Assembly (NCBI RefSeq): GCF_963921235.1 | Contig: NC_086097.1 | Location: 176,392,001 to 176,456,000, forward strand | Direction of reading: 5' to 3' | From: Mobula hypostoma | Lineage: Eukaryota | DNA: 64,000 nt | Part shown: positions 1 through 12,210 of the stretch, in pieces | Layout: the number at the start of each line of letters is the position of its first letter | Position numbering within the stretch: position 1 is the first letter of the stretch | Made by a program: the position numbers and the translations under genes | Notes under the pieces: generated by a model | What the model saw: only the letters and a program-made list of their open reading frames with translations | Told to the model about the DNA's origin: nothing | Database searches by the model: none

Positions 1-192
1 CAAAATGTCACTTAAATGTTGTTATTGTACCTGCTACAACCACTTCCTCTGTTGTGTTGCTGAACATTGATCAGGAAAGGTAAGTAGTTACAGGATCTTC
101 CACATCTACCAGCACAACTACACAAAAACACACAGAGAGAATAAGAGCCAATTTGCATTCTTGAACACTTCTGGCATTCTTCTGGCATCACT

Positions 193-622
193 TCGTTGTT
201 GTCGTGGCAATCCCTCGAGGTCGAGGACGATGGTCTCCGTTCCGTTGTTCTATTTATGGGCTCTCAAGTGGCTGACCCACAGAGCAAAGATGCCTGTGCG
301 TGTATTTGTTTAACGTGTACTTGATGTTGCACTCCAAAAAGCACACAATACTTCACAAATCAACCAACTGATTCCAATGGCATGGAAACCACGACGATTG
401 GAGCTGATGGATTAGTTGCAGCCTTCATCCACCTTCACAGCCGAAGTAACTTCGTCTGCCTGTTCCACTGTTGAGGGCTTGGTTGGATTGTTCTTTGTTC
501 GGGACCTCACCCTCGACCTTACCGCCATGGGTGACCCTACCAGGAGCATAGCTCCAGACGGCATTGCTCTCGGGATCACAGGACCACACAAGCTTCTCCA
601 CCATGACAAGGCGACAATGTCG
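193..622 (-). mobile_element. Non-autonomous RTE-derived retroposon (RTE 5' leader fused to RTE 3' end)
   Basis: Perfect 10 bp TSD TGGCATCACT at 183-192 and 623-632. The minus-strand 5' part (CCTTGTCATGGTGGAGAAGCTTG...GGTAGGGTCACCCATGG) resembles Expander/BovB-type RTE leaders. The 3' part encodes SHLRAHK* (273-250, like the RTE C-terminal Zn-finger end), then a CCTCGA/TCGAGG stem-loop and an ACA/ACG-repeat tail. Confidence 0.75.
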
Positions 623-664
623 TGGCATCACTCACCTGACGTCAGAAGAAACAACGAACTGTTC

Positions 665-1110
665 TGACCACCCTATTATAGGTAAAATGTGGTTAAATTG
701 GAAAGGTTTATGAGGATATTGCCATCACTAGAGGGCCTGAGGTATAAGGAAAAGTGCTCTTTACTAGGTCCTTATTCCTTGGAAGGTAGGAGAATGAGGG
801 GCAATCTTAAAGAAATGTTTATAGTTATAAGAGGCATAGATAAGGTGGATGGGAGCAGTCTTTTTCCCAGGGTAGAGAAGTCCAGAACTAGGGAGCATAG
901 GTTTATGGTGAGAAGGAAAAGATTTAAAAGGGACTTGAAGAGCAACTTTTTCATAGTAGTATCATTTAGGAAACACCTGGACAGGATAGGTATGTGGAGG
1001 GGTATGGGCCAAACATGGGAAATTGGGACAAGTTGTGTGGAGACTGTGGTCAGCATGGGTACTTGGGGCTGAATGGCCTGCATCTGTGCTGTATTGATCT
1101 ATAACTCTGT
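665..1110 (+). mobile_element. CR1 LINE 3' fragment (degraded)
   Basis: ORF 689-1072 contains CR1 C-terminal motifs (LGPYSLEGRRMRGNL, SRTREHRF), followed by a CR1-type 3' UTR and tail. Confidence 0.85.
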
Positions 1111-1589
1111 GACTTTATCTGCTGTCACTTATGTTTCTGTGTTTCCATGTTAAATTCTAACAGCACAGTTTTCACCCACTTCTTTAATCTATCCATGTCG
1201 CTTGCATTATTTCGGCATTGTCATTATCACCTAGGACCAGGAAAGTCAGACCTAAAATCAAGGGAGGCAAGATTGTCAAATAAAATGCTAGAAACACTCG
1301 GTGGGTCAGGCAGCATTCATGGAAGAAGATACAGACTTAAAGTTGAAGGTCAAAGATCTTTTAGACTGGGAAAAAGTGAAGAGGTTGGTATTAATTTTCA
1401 GAATTCTTAGTGGAGGGAAGGATAGAACAGAATAATAATAGCTGAGGCTTGTTTGTGAGTGTTGTTACGCAGACTGGTCAATGTGCTGATGGCGGCAGTT
1501 TGAAAGTGATAATATAAACAAAAGCCTGAAAAGTTACAAAATAGAGGGCTGTTGGACGAGCCCAGGTCAAGTGGTGAGCTTCTATTTTC

Positions 1590-2210
1590 TTAGAAGTTTG
1601 TGAAGATTCGGGTTGTCATCTAAAACTTTGGCAAACTTCTTTGTACGATGGAGAGTATACTAACAGGCTGCATCATGGTCAGGTATTGAACACCAATGCC
1701 CTTGAATGGAACTGCCTACCAAAAAAAATGAATACGGCTCAGTCCACCACCGGTAAAGCCCTCCCCACTGTGAGAACATCTATAAGGAGCTCTGTAGCAG
1801 GAAAGCAGCATCCATCATCAAGATACTCCACCATTCAGGCCAAGCTATCTTCTCATCGCTGCCATCAGGAAGAAGGTTCAGGAACAGTTATTACCCCTCA
1901 ACCATCAGACTCTTGAACCAGCTTCACTCAGCTTCACTCACCCCAACACTGAACTGTTCCCACAACCTATGGACTCACTTTCAAGGACTCTTCATCTCAT
2001 GTTTTTGATATTTTTTGTTTATTTATTATTATTTGCAGTTTGTTGTCCTTTGCACAATGGTTGTTTGTCCATCTTGTGTGTTACTTTTCACTGATTCAGT
2101 TGTGTTTGTTTGTATTTATAATGAATACCCACAAGAAAATGTATCTCAGGGTAGTATAGGGTGACATATATGTACTTTGATCATAAATTTAACTTGAGCT
2201 TTGAACTTTC
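1590..2210 (+). mobile_element. Rex1/Babar-like LINE 3' fragment
   Basis: Degenerate ESILTGCI / LLPSGRR-type coding remnant, ending in ...tactttgatcataaatttaacttgagctttgaactt. The same family recurs at 20040-22100. Confidence 0.75.
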
Positions 2211-2219
2211 AAACTTTAA

Positions 2220-2740
2220 CCGGCACCTTTCTGTATCTACAGTATGTCCTTGATGGTGGGTAGGCTGGTGCCGTCGTTGTGTTATGTATTTTTGACCACC
2301 CAGTTTAGAGGCTTCCTGTCTGCTGCAGTGTAGTTGCTGTACCATACAGTGATGCAGCGTGTTAGGATATTGTCTGCTGTGCATCTGTAGCAGTATGTGA
2401 GTATAGATGTGCATAGTCCTGCTCCCTTCAGCCTCCTCATAATGTAGAAGTGTAGTTGAGTTTTCTTGATTCTGTAGGATGTATTATGAGATCATGAGAG
2501 GTTGTGTGAGATGTGGACTCTTAGCAATTTGAAACTGCTCACAGTTTACACCGCTGTGCCGCTAATGTAAAGAGAGATATGGGTGGTACGAGTTCTCCTA
2601 AAGTCAATAACCATCTCCTTTGTCTTGTTGACATTGGGGAAGAGGGTATTGCCTGGAACCAGGCCTTGAGCTCTTCCAGCTCCTCTCTGTAAGCTTACCT
2701 CATCCCGGATGTTAACTGATGAACGTTGATGAGGCCCTGA
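2220..2740 (-). mobile_element. Rex1/Babar-like LINE fragment
   Basis: The minus strand gives degenerate RT C-terminal motifs (NVNKTKEMVIDFRR; S.L..CITVWYS.C). Confidence 0.65.
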
Positions 2741-3349
2741 TATGGGTGAAGAAGAGGAGAGAAAAAACTATACTTTTCCTTATTGTTCAGTCTTGTTGTC
2801 AGTCTTTGAATGAATTGCTGTTTGAATGACTGACTTCAGAATCATGAACTTCTAATCTGGGCAAGAACAAAGAAAGTTTTAGAATCAGAATCAGGTTTAT
2901 CGTCACTAATGTATAACATACTACATGAAATTTGTTGTTTAGTGGCAGCACTACAATGCAAATATAAAAATATATAAAACAAGGTTCATGGGTCAGAGAG
3001 GAAGAAGCTATTACTGATTTATTGCATGTGGGTCTTCAGGATCCTGTAGTGGGTAGTAATAAGAGGGCATGGCCCAGGTGGTGATGGATGGAGTCTTCTC
3101 AAAACTGCCCTCAGTGATGGGCTTGGTTGTGCCTCTGTTGGATGTGGCTGCGTCTACAGCTCTCCGCAGCCTCGTCTGATCCTGTGCAGTGGAACATGTG
3201 TCCAAAAATGCTGGAAGGAAAAATCATATCAAAGAAGGGCTGTCTTTTAGTCACTTTTAGCCAAACCCAGGAAAATACCATCACAAGAAGCAAGGTCCAG
3301 CGTTTGGAACTCAGAGAATTCTACCTATTTATGTCCAAGTGGTAGGCAT

Positions 3350-5590
3350 TCAACTTGATCATGGACAAGGATAGATCTGGTCCTAGCGTTGAGGTTCTTA
3401 ACTGGAAGAAGGCCAAATTTGAAGAAATGAGAAAGGATCTAAAAAGCATGGATTGGGATAGGTTGTTCTCTGGCAAGGATGTGATCGGTAGGTGGGAAGC
3501 CTTCAAAGGAGAAATTCTGAGAGTGCAGAATTTGTATGTTCCTGTCAGGATTAAAGGCAAAGTGAATAGGAATAAGGAACCTTGGTTCTCAAGGGATATT
3601 GCAACTCTGATAAAGAAGAAGAGGGAGTTGTATGACATGTATAGGAAGCAGGGAGTAAATAAGGTGCTCGAAGAGTATAAGAAATGCAAAAAAATACTTA
3701 AGAAAGAAATCAGGAGGGCTAAAAGAAGACATGAGATTGCCTTGGCAGTCAAAGTGAAGGAGAATCCAAAGAGCTTTTACAGATATATTAAGAGCAAAAG
3801 GATCGTAAGGGATAAAATTGGTCCTCTTGAAGATCAGAGTGGTCGGCTATGTGCGGAACCAAAGGAAATGGGGGAGATCTTAAATAGGTTTTTTGCGTCT
3901 GTATTTACTAAGGAAACTGACATGAAGTCTATGGAATTAAGGGAAACAAGTAGTGAGATCATGGAAACTGTACAGATCGAAAAGGAGGAGGTGCTTGCTG
4001 TTTTGAGGAAAATTAAAGTGGATAAATCCCCGGGACCTGACAAGGTGTTCCCTCAGACCTTGAAGGAGACTAGTGTTGAAATTGCAGGGGCCCTGGCAGA
4101 AATATTTAAAATGTTGCTGTCTACAGGTGAGATGCCGGAGGATTGGAGAGTGGCTCATGTTGTTCCGTTGTTTAAAAAAGGATCGAAAAGTAATCCGGGA
4201 AATTATAGGCCAGTAAGTTTAACATCGGTAGTAGGTAAATTATTGGAGGGAGTACCAAGAGACAGAATCTACAAGCATTTGGATAGACAGGGACTTATTA
4301 GGGAAAGTCAACATGGCTTTGTGCGTGGTAGGTCATGTTTGACCAATCTTTTGGAGTTTTTTGAGGAGGTTACCAGGAAAGTGGATGAAGGGAAGGCAGT
4401 GGATATCGTCTACATGGACTTCAGTAAGGCCTTTGACAAGGTCCCGCATGGGAGGTTAGTTAGGAAAATTCACTCACTAGGTATACATGGAGAGGTGGTA
4501 AATTCGATTATACATTGGCTCAATGGAAGAAGCCAAAGAGTGGTAGTAGAGAATTGCTTCTCCGAGTGGAGGCCTATGACTAGTGGTGTGCCACAAGGAT
4601 CAGTGCTGGGTCCATTGTTATTTGTCATCTATATCAATGATCTGGATGATAATGTGGTAAATTGGATCAGCAAATTTGCTGCTGGTACAAAGATTGGAGG
4701 TGTAGTAGACAGTGAGGAAGGTGTTCAGAGCCTGCAGAGGGACTTGGACCAGCTGGAAAAATGGGCTGAAAAATGGCAGATGGAGTTTAATACAGACAAG
4801 TGTGAGGTATTGCACGTTGGAAGGACAAACCAAGGGAGAACATACAGGGTTAATGGTAAGGCACTGAGGAGTGCAGTGGAACAGAGGGATCTGGGAATAC
4901 AGATACAAAATTCCCTAAAAGTGGCGTCACAGGTAGATAGGGTTGTAAAGAGAGCTTTTGGCACATTGGCCTTTATTAATCAAAGTATTGAGTATAAGAG
5001 ATGGAATGTTATGATGAGATTGTATAAGGCATTGGTGAGGCCGAATCTGGAGTATCGTGTTCAGTTTTGGTCACCAAATTACAGGAAGGATATAAATAAG
5101 GTTGAAAGAGTGCAGAGAAGGTTTACAAGGATGTTGCCGGGACTTGAGAAACTCAGTTACAGAGAAAGGTTGAATAGGTTAGGACTTTATTCCCTGGAGC
5201 GTAGAAGAATGAGGGGAGATTTGATAGAGGTATATAAAATTATGATGGGTATAGAAGAGTGAATGCAAGCAGGCTTTTTCCACTGAGGCAAGGGGAGAAA
5301 AAAACCAGAGGACATGGGTTAAGGGTGAGGGGGTAAAAGTTTAAAGGGAACATTAGGGGGGGCTTCTTCACACAGAGAGTGGTGGGAGTATGGAATGAGC
5401 TGCCAGACGAGGTGGTAAATGCAGGTTCTTTTTTAACTTTTAAAAACAAATTGGACAGATATATGGATGGGAGGTGTATGGAGGGATATGGTCCGTGTGC
5501 AGGTCAGTGGGGCTAGGCAGAAAATGGTTCAGCACAGCCAAGAAGGGCCAAAAGGCCTGTTTCTGTGCTGTAGTTTCTATAGTTTCTATG
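3350..5590 (+). mobile_element. Young 5'-truncated CR1 LINE (~2.2 kb)
   Basis: Long RT ORF, CR1 3' UTR with stem-loop (GGCC-AAAA-GGCC), and a (TTTCTATAG)-type tail ending near 5590. Confidence 0.95.
3355..5262 (+). pseudogene. CR1 ORF2 reverse transcriptase, 635 aa open frame; no APE endonuclease, catalytic FADD mutated to FAAG, frameshift near the C-terminus
   Basis: Motifs KSPGPD, NYRPVSLTS, QHGF..GRSC.TNL, YMDFSKAFDKVPH and SGVPQGSVLGP are present. KFAAGTK replaces the canonical KFADDTK. The ORF ends early at GIEE* while CR1 coding sequence continues in another frame. Confidence 0.93.
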
Positions 5591-6919
5591 TGTGTTTAAG
5601 TTGTTCAAGTGCTGATAAAGATTGTTGATACCCTATGCACTACGGTCAACAAATCTGAAGCGCATGTATAATGATATGAATCTGCTAACTGTCATAAAAT
5701 AGCCAAATATATTCCAGCTGACTCACTGTTTATCTGCACAGTACCCTTTGTTATGCAAAGCCAGTGTTTCAAGTTCCTTACCTTTCTAATTAGACCAATG
5801 TTGCCAGACTGAACTATTGAACTATCTTACTGTATTATCACATTGATCAATTCATTAATCTTCCTCTCACATGGAAAGATGTATAAATTAGTTTGTAAGA
5901 ATTTCTACCTCCTCTTTGAAGCTGGAATTTATTGTGAGGAACTCTCTGTTGAATCTGTAAGGGGAGTGAAATGAGACCAGGTACTCAACTCTTAACTAAA
6001 GTTGTCTAGATTGTTTTCACTGGAGCATCAAAGGCTTGGGGAAGATTTATAAAATGATAAGAGGCACAGAGAGGGTAAATTGTAGGAGTTTTTTCCCCAG
6101 CGTGAGAATGTAAAATACTAAAGGGCATAGCATTGAGGTGAGGGGATGTGTTTGCCATCTGTCATGAAATGGTCATACACTGTTCAGTTTACTCTTACAT
6201 TTAGCTGCACAATACTGTCTGCTGGGCATATCCAATGTTTACCCTTTCTGATTAGGATGAGGGTTGCCTTGGTAACTTTATCTGTATTGATTACCAATCT
6301 CTCACTCTCCTAACCTAGACAGTCATCTCTAAACACTATGGTCGTGCCCTTTAGCATTCTAACCTCTTCAAAGATAGTATCTGCTATTTTATCATCCCTT
6401 GTTGTCAGTTTTGCTCTTTGTGGTGCTATGTGTAGGAATTAGAACATAGAACAGTACTTCATGGTACAGACCCTACAGCCTACGATGTTGTGCCGACCTT
6501 CTATTCTACTCCAATTTAACTCTTCCCTTTCATATAACTCTATTTCCTGTTAAATTCACTAATGGATCTAGCTCGACCACCACCTCCAACAGCAGTAGGT
6601 TCGCTGGCATCCCCTCTCTGTTTTCTTGTGTTTGTTGCAAGATCTGGGAGATTTTGATAAAGTCAGCACAGACTGATTTTACCTAACTGCTTCTGGGAAT
6701 TCGCAAGTAACACTGTTCTGCACATTTTCCATGAAAAAGTCAGTTGCAACAAGTCTGTCTTGTCTAATTGTCTCCCTTTAACAGTCAAATAAATTATTAT
6801 GCTGAGTCCATCGAATTAGCTGGGTAAATTAGTAAACTGGTAAATTGGTTAATTATTGTCACATAAACTGAGGAACAGTGAAGCATTAGTCTTGGATACT
6901 GTTCACAATCTACCCCTGC

Positions 6920-7850
6920 AACGCACACAAAGTATCGGAGGAACTCAGCAGGCCAGCATCTATGGAAAAGAGTACAGTCGACATTTCGGGCCAAACAGAA
7001 CTAGTTAAAAGCTGGGAGGAGGGGAGGGAAAAACACAAGGTGATAGGTGAAACTGGGAGGCGGAGGGGTAAAGCTGGGAAGTTGATTGGTGAAAGAGATA
7101 CAGGGCTGGAGAAGGGCGAGTCTGAAAGGAGAGCACAGAAGGGAACTGGAAGTTTGAGAAATTGAAGTTCATGCCATCAGGTTGGAGGCTCCCCTCACTA
7201 ACGTTCAGGGCCCCTAACAGTCCTTCCATGTGAGGCAGCACTTCACCAGTAAGTCTTTTGAGGTCATATATTGTGTCTGGTGCTCCCTGTGTGGTTTTCT
7301 ATATATTGGTGAGACCCAACATAGATTGGGAGATGGCTTCGCCGAGCACCTACACTCCATCCACCAGAAAAAGGGGGGGGGGGGGGTCACTAATTTTAAC
7401 TCCACTTCCCATTGCTATTCCGATATGTCTATCCGTGGCCTCCTCCACTGTCGTGATGAGGCCATGCTCAGGTTGAAGGAATGACACCTTATTATTCTGT
7501 CCAGGTAGCCTCCAACATCAAATTCTCAAACTTCACCATTCTCATACCCTTCTCCCTCTTTCACCTCCCTCTGGTGCTCCTCCCCCTTTTCTTTGTTCCA
7601 TGGCCTTCTGTCCTCACCTATCAGTCTCTCCCTTCTCCAGCCCTGTATCTCTTTCACCAATCAGCTTCCCCCTCCCCCTCCTGGTTTCACCTATCACCTC
7701 CCTCCCCTCCCTCCATCTTCTAACTCTGACTCCTCATCTTCTTTTCTCCAGTCCTGCTGAAGGGTCTCAGCCTGAAACATCAGCTGTTTACTCTTTTCCA
7801 TAGATGCCACCTGGCCTGCTGAGCTCCTCCAGCACTTTGTATGTGTTACC
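6920..7850 (+). mobile_element. Penelope-like element fragment: GIY-YIG endonuclease remnant between inverted pseudo-LTRs
   Basis: ORF 7230-7484 reads VIYCVWCSLCGFLYIGETQHRLGDGFAEH (GIY-YIG). The left flank 6920-7200 is the reverse complement of the right-hand pLTR. A decayed hammerhead motif lies at 7750-7786 (CTGCTGA...GAAAC). Confidence 0.85.
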
Positions 7851-8299
7851 AATTCACTTTTATTTTTGCACTGTTTACTTATTAGTAATTTATAGGCATT
7901 TTTATGGCTTTGTGCTGTACTGATGCCGCAAAACAAAAAAATAAATCACACCATATAAGTCAGTGATAATATCTGATTTTGATTCTGTAATTGTACCTGC
8001 CTCTACCACTTCCTCTGGCAGCTCATTCATATATCCACCTCCCTCTGTGTGCATTCCCCTTTAAATGTTCTGCTCTACTGTCTGCAGCAAGCATTCCAGA
8101 ACTAGTGGAATTCAAGGGGATGATAAGCAGAATATCCACTATCTCTCAGTCTCATTTTTTTAGTACTGGAGGACAAGTCAGTGTGTCTCTGTTGTCTTCA
8201 GGTGTCAGAACTTACAAAGCTCGACGAGGACCTCTGCTGGTGGAAGTTGCCTTGTTATAAGGCAGGACAGCAACCACCCGAACCTGCTTTGGAAAGATA

Positions 8300-9330
8300 T
8301 TACTATACAGGAGCAAACCATTCAGCCCATCAAGACTGCTCCACTGCTCAATCATTACTGATTTTTTTCATCTCTGCCTTCTTCCCATAACCTTTAACTT
8401 CTTACCAAAAAGTACCTATCAATCTCTGTCTTAAATACCCCAAATGACTTGGCTTTCACAGCCCTCTGTGCAAATGATTCATCACCCTCTGGTTGAAAAT
8501 CCTAATCCAAAGTAAAGAACACCACAGGCCTATCAGCCCACAATGTTGTACTGATCTTTTAACTCTTTCATCCCACATGGTCCTCTGTATTTCTTTCATC
8601 TAAGAGTCTCTTAAATGTCCCTAATATATCTGCCTCTACCACCACTCCCAGCAGTGCCTTCCATGCACTTAGACTTTCTGTATATAAAACTTATCTTTGA
8701 CCCTCTTCCCCTGACACCCCCCTATACTTTCCACTGATCAGCTTTAAACTATGTCCTCTTGTATTAGCTATTGCCATCATGGGAAAAAGGTGCTCACTGT
8801 CCACTTTATTTATGCCTCTCATCATCTTATACACTCCTATCAAATCACTTCTCAACCTCCTTTACTCCAAAGATAAAGCCCTAGCTTGCTCAACCTTTCC
8901 TGATAAGACATGTTCTCTAATCCAGGCAGCATCCTGGTAAATCTCCTCTGCAGCCTCTCCAAAGCTTCCGCATCCTTCCTATAATGAAGGGACCAGAACT
9001 GACCACAATATTCCTAGTGTGCTCTAACTAGAGATTTATAGAGCTGCAACATTACCTCCTGGTGCTTGAACTTAATCTCTTGACTAATGAAGACCAGCAC
9101 ACCATATGTCATCTTAACTACCCGATCAACTTGTGCTGCACTACCTCCTCCAGCTCCAGGCACTTGCATCTTCTTGTGTTCCTGGTTGGTGCTAGCCTTA
9201 CTCGAGTTATCCTCCTGTTGTTTATATGCATGTAGAATACCTCGAGGCTTTCTTTAATCCTAGTCTTCAAGGCCTCTTCATGTCTCCTTCAAGCTTTCTT
9301 AAGCACCTCTCTGGTTACCTAAAGTCTCTA
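8300..9330 (-). mobile_element. Two adjacent degraded CR1 3' fragments
   Basis: Reverse-complement CR1 3' UTRs start near 8300 and 8515, followed by RT C-terminal sequence (e.g. GGCAGCATCCTGGTAAATCTCCTCTG). Confidence 0.75.
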
Positions 9331-9684
9331 AGGAAGTAGCCTTCCAGTGTGCACTGTTGGTCATTGCATCTACAGGCTTGAGGAAGCAGAGGTAAGAGCA
9401 GTTCTGGAGAGAACAAAAAGATTGTTAGGGATAGAGTGGACAAGAACAACTGATTGAGACAAGTGGTGGTGGTGTTGGCCAAGAAAGAGGGATCAGATAT
9501 TGGGGAACAGTAGTCAGAATGTTTGAGGGAGGTTTTAGTAGTTTCTCAAATTTTGTACGGAGCATTGAACTTCCAGAAGTGACCAACAGAGGGTGACACG
9601 CCTTTGGGAATTCAAGGCTTCATCCGGTTAATGGTGCTAAACCTGAATTCAGCCTTGGGAAAGAAACAAAATCACTTCACAATG

Positions 9685-10230
9685 GAGACACAAAAAGCTG
9701 CACACACTGGAATCTGGAGCACTAAACAATCTGCTAGAAGAACAGTGGGTTGAGCAGCATCTGTTGGGAGGGGGGTGGGGTAAAGGAGATGTCAACACTT
9801 CAAGTCAAAACCCTGCATCAGGATCTCAGGTTAAAAATGTCTTCAAAATGCCTTTTCCTTGTGTCATTTATGGTTCTTTTCCTGGTCACTTTCAACAAAT
9901 GAAACCAGTTTCCCTCAATCTGCTTTGACGTTACCCTCATGATCTTAAATTCCTTTTGTCCGATCCCTCACAAGCTCTTCTTTGTGAAGGAGAACAATCA
10001 CCATCTCCCTTCCCCCAACAACAGAACTAAAGTCACTCACCCCTGGGATCATGTTAAAAAAAAGCTCTTTAACCAGGAAACAACAATCATTCTGGCAGAG
10101 GAGCTCAGACTGTCCTCAATATCTGATCCTGAGTTTCGGCTCAAAACATCAACAGTTCCCTTCCCACCCACAGGTGCTGCTCAACCTGCTGAATGACTCC
10201 ACCTGGTCATCTGTTGCTGCAAATTACGCA
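9685..10230. mobile_element. Inverted pair of Penelope pseudo-LTR fragments with decayed hammerhead motifs
   Basis: 9685-9825 (minus; CTGATGCAGGGTTTTGACTTGAAGTG) is a diverged reverse complement of 10120-10225. Confidence 0.6.
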
Positions 10231-10421
10231 AATTACTCTCCATATCTTTCAGTGAGACTGACACACCCCCTGTTCCCGCAGGTGAATTTAAAAGTTTCCA
10301 TAACAAAAATGATTAAGGGATTAGTGATCACCTTGGTAACACCTTCAACAGAAGGACTGAAACATTTCAAGAAGGCAGCCTGCTACCACCTACTCGAGGG
10401 CAAGTAGGGATGAGTAATAAA

Positions 10422-10882
10422 CTGAAAAGGGTGCAGCAAAGATGTTACCAGGAATGAAGGGCTTGGATTATTAGAAGCTGGATAGACTGGAGCTGTTATC
10501 CCTGGAGCATAGGAGACTGAGGGGTGACCTAATAGAGGCTTATAAAATCATGAGAGCCAGAGGTAAGGTGGATGGTCACAGTCCTTTTCCCAAGATAGGT
10601 ATTTCTAAAACTAGGAGGCATAGGTTTAAAGTGTGGGGGGAAGATTTAAAGGGGATCTGAGGGGCAAATTTTTCACGCAGAGGGTAGTAGGTATATAGAT
10701 TAAGTTACTAGTGGAACTGGTAGAGGCAGGTACAATTGCAAGGTTTAAAACACATATGGACAGGACATGGATAGGAGAGATTTAAAGGTATATGGACCAA
10801 AAGCATGTAAATGGGACACATTCAGATAGATACCTTGGCCATTGTGGGCTGAAAGGCCTTGTTTCCATGTTGTATGACTTTA
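10422..10882 (+). mobile_element. CR1 3' fragment inserted into an older retroposon tail (10335-10421 and 10883-10920)
   Basis: CR1 C-terminal motifs flanked by an ATAAA duplication. The host tail TTCAAGAAGGCAGC...TAGGGATG..AATAAA|TGCTGGC is split by the insertion and recurs near 56870-56925. Confidence 0.75.
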
Positions 10883-10989
10883 TAAATGCTGGCTTGGCCA
10901 ATGATCCTCAATCCCGAAAGCTGGATAGATAAAATTTAGTACTGACCCCTGGAAATCAGTCTAGTCACACAACAATTTTTATTAAGTCA

Positions 10990-11215
10990 GACTGCATGGA
11001 AACAGGCCCTTCAGCCCATCAATTCTGTGACAACTATCAACCATACATTTCAATGTAATACTTTCTTGTTACCCCCACATTCCAATTAACTCTCCTCAGT
11101 TTCTACACTCACAAAATTTTGGATGTGGGAGAAAACAGGAACGTCCAGAGGAAACACATCCATTGTTCCTGGGAGAGCATGCAAGCTCCACTTAGACAGC
11201 AGCAGAAGTAAAATG
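10990..11215 (-). mobile_element. V-SINE (HE1-like) fragment
   Basis: Reverse complement of the V-domain (TGGATGTGGGAGAAAACAGGAACGTCCAGAGGAAAC...GCAAGCTCCAC). Confidence 0.6.
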
Positions 11216-11242
11216 GTCAATTAATTGGTGAGTTGGTTTATT

Positions 11243-12022
11243 ACATAGAAACATAGAAACTTAGAAAATAGGTGCAGGAGTAGGCCATTTGGCCCTTCGA
11301 GCCTGCACCGCCATTCAGTATGATCATGGCTGATCATCCAACTCAGAACCCTGCACCAGCCTTCCCTCCATACCCCCTGATCCCTTTAGCCACAAGGGCC
11401 ATATCTAACTCCCTCTTAAATATAGCCAATGAACTGGCCTCAACTGTTTCCTGTGGCAGAGAATTCCACAGATTCGCCACTCTCTGTGTGAAGAAGTTTT
11501 TCCTAATCTCGGTCCTAAAAGGCTTCCCCTTTATACTCAAACTGTGGCCCCTTGTTCTGGACTTCCCCAACATCGGGAACAATCTTCCTGCATCTAGCCT
11601 GTCCAATCCCTTTAGGATTTTATACGTTTCAATCAGATCCCCCCTCAATCTTCTAAATTTCAACGAGTATAAGCCTAGTTCATCCAGTCTTTCATCATAT
11701 GAAAGTCCTGCCATCCCAGGAATCAATCTGGTGAACCTTCTTTGTACTCCCTCTATGGCAAGGATGTCTTTCCTCAGATTAGGGGACCAAAACTGCACAC
11801 AATACTCCAGGTGTGGTCTCACCAAGGCCTTGTACAACTGCAGTAGTACCTCCCTGCTCCTGTACTCGAATCCTCTTGCTATAAATGCCAGCATACCATT
11901 TGCCTTTTTCACTGCCTGCTGTACCTGCACGCCCACTTTCAATGACTGGTGTATAATGACACCCAGGTCTCGTTGCACCTCCCCTTTTCCTAATCGCCAC
12001 CATTCAGATAATAATCTGTTTT
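11243..12022 (-). mobile_element. Young CR1 3' fragment with intact C-terminal ORF (11343-11978)
   Basis: The ORF reads QRDLGV...LVRPHLEYCVQFWSP...TRGHSL...FFTQRV.NLWNSLP. There is a (TTTCTATG)n tail at 11243-11268 and TTTATT on both flanks. Confidence 0.93.
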
Positions 12023-12210
12023 ATTGTCATATGCATCAAGTTACAGTAAAATACTTGTCTTGCATACCATTTAAACAGATCAAATCATTACAAACATGCA
12101 TTGAGGTAATGCAAGTTAAAAAACAGAGTTAAGAATGAAGTGTTAAAGTTGTAGAGAAAATGTAGTGCAGGCAAAGTCAGAAATGGCGAGATTGTGGGGA
12201 CAAGGAAGAA

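Noticed and set aside
70..90. Strong splice donor AAG|GTAAGT near position 80
   Set aside because: The upstream sequence is a CR1 remnant at the window edge, and no exon can be supported.
480..622. Twister or HDV fold in the leader of the first RTE-derived element
   Set aside because: I could not assign the required pseudoknot pairings by eye, so it is kept only as an untested structured leader.
11320..12132. 270 aa + strand ORF
   Set aside because: It is the antisense shadow of the CR1 ORF2 fragment on the minus strand.
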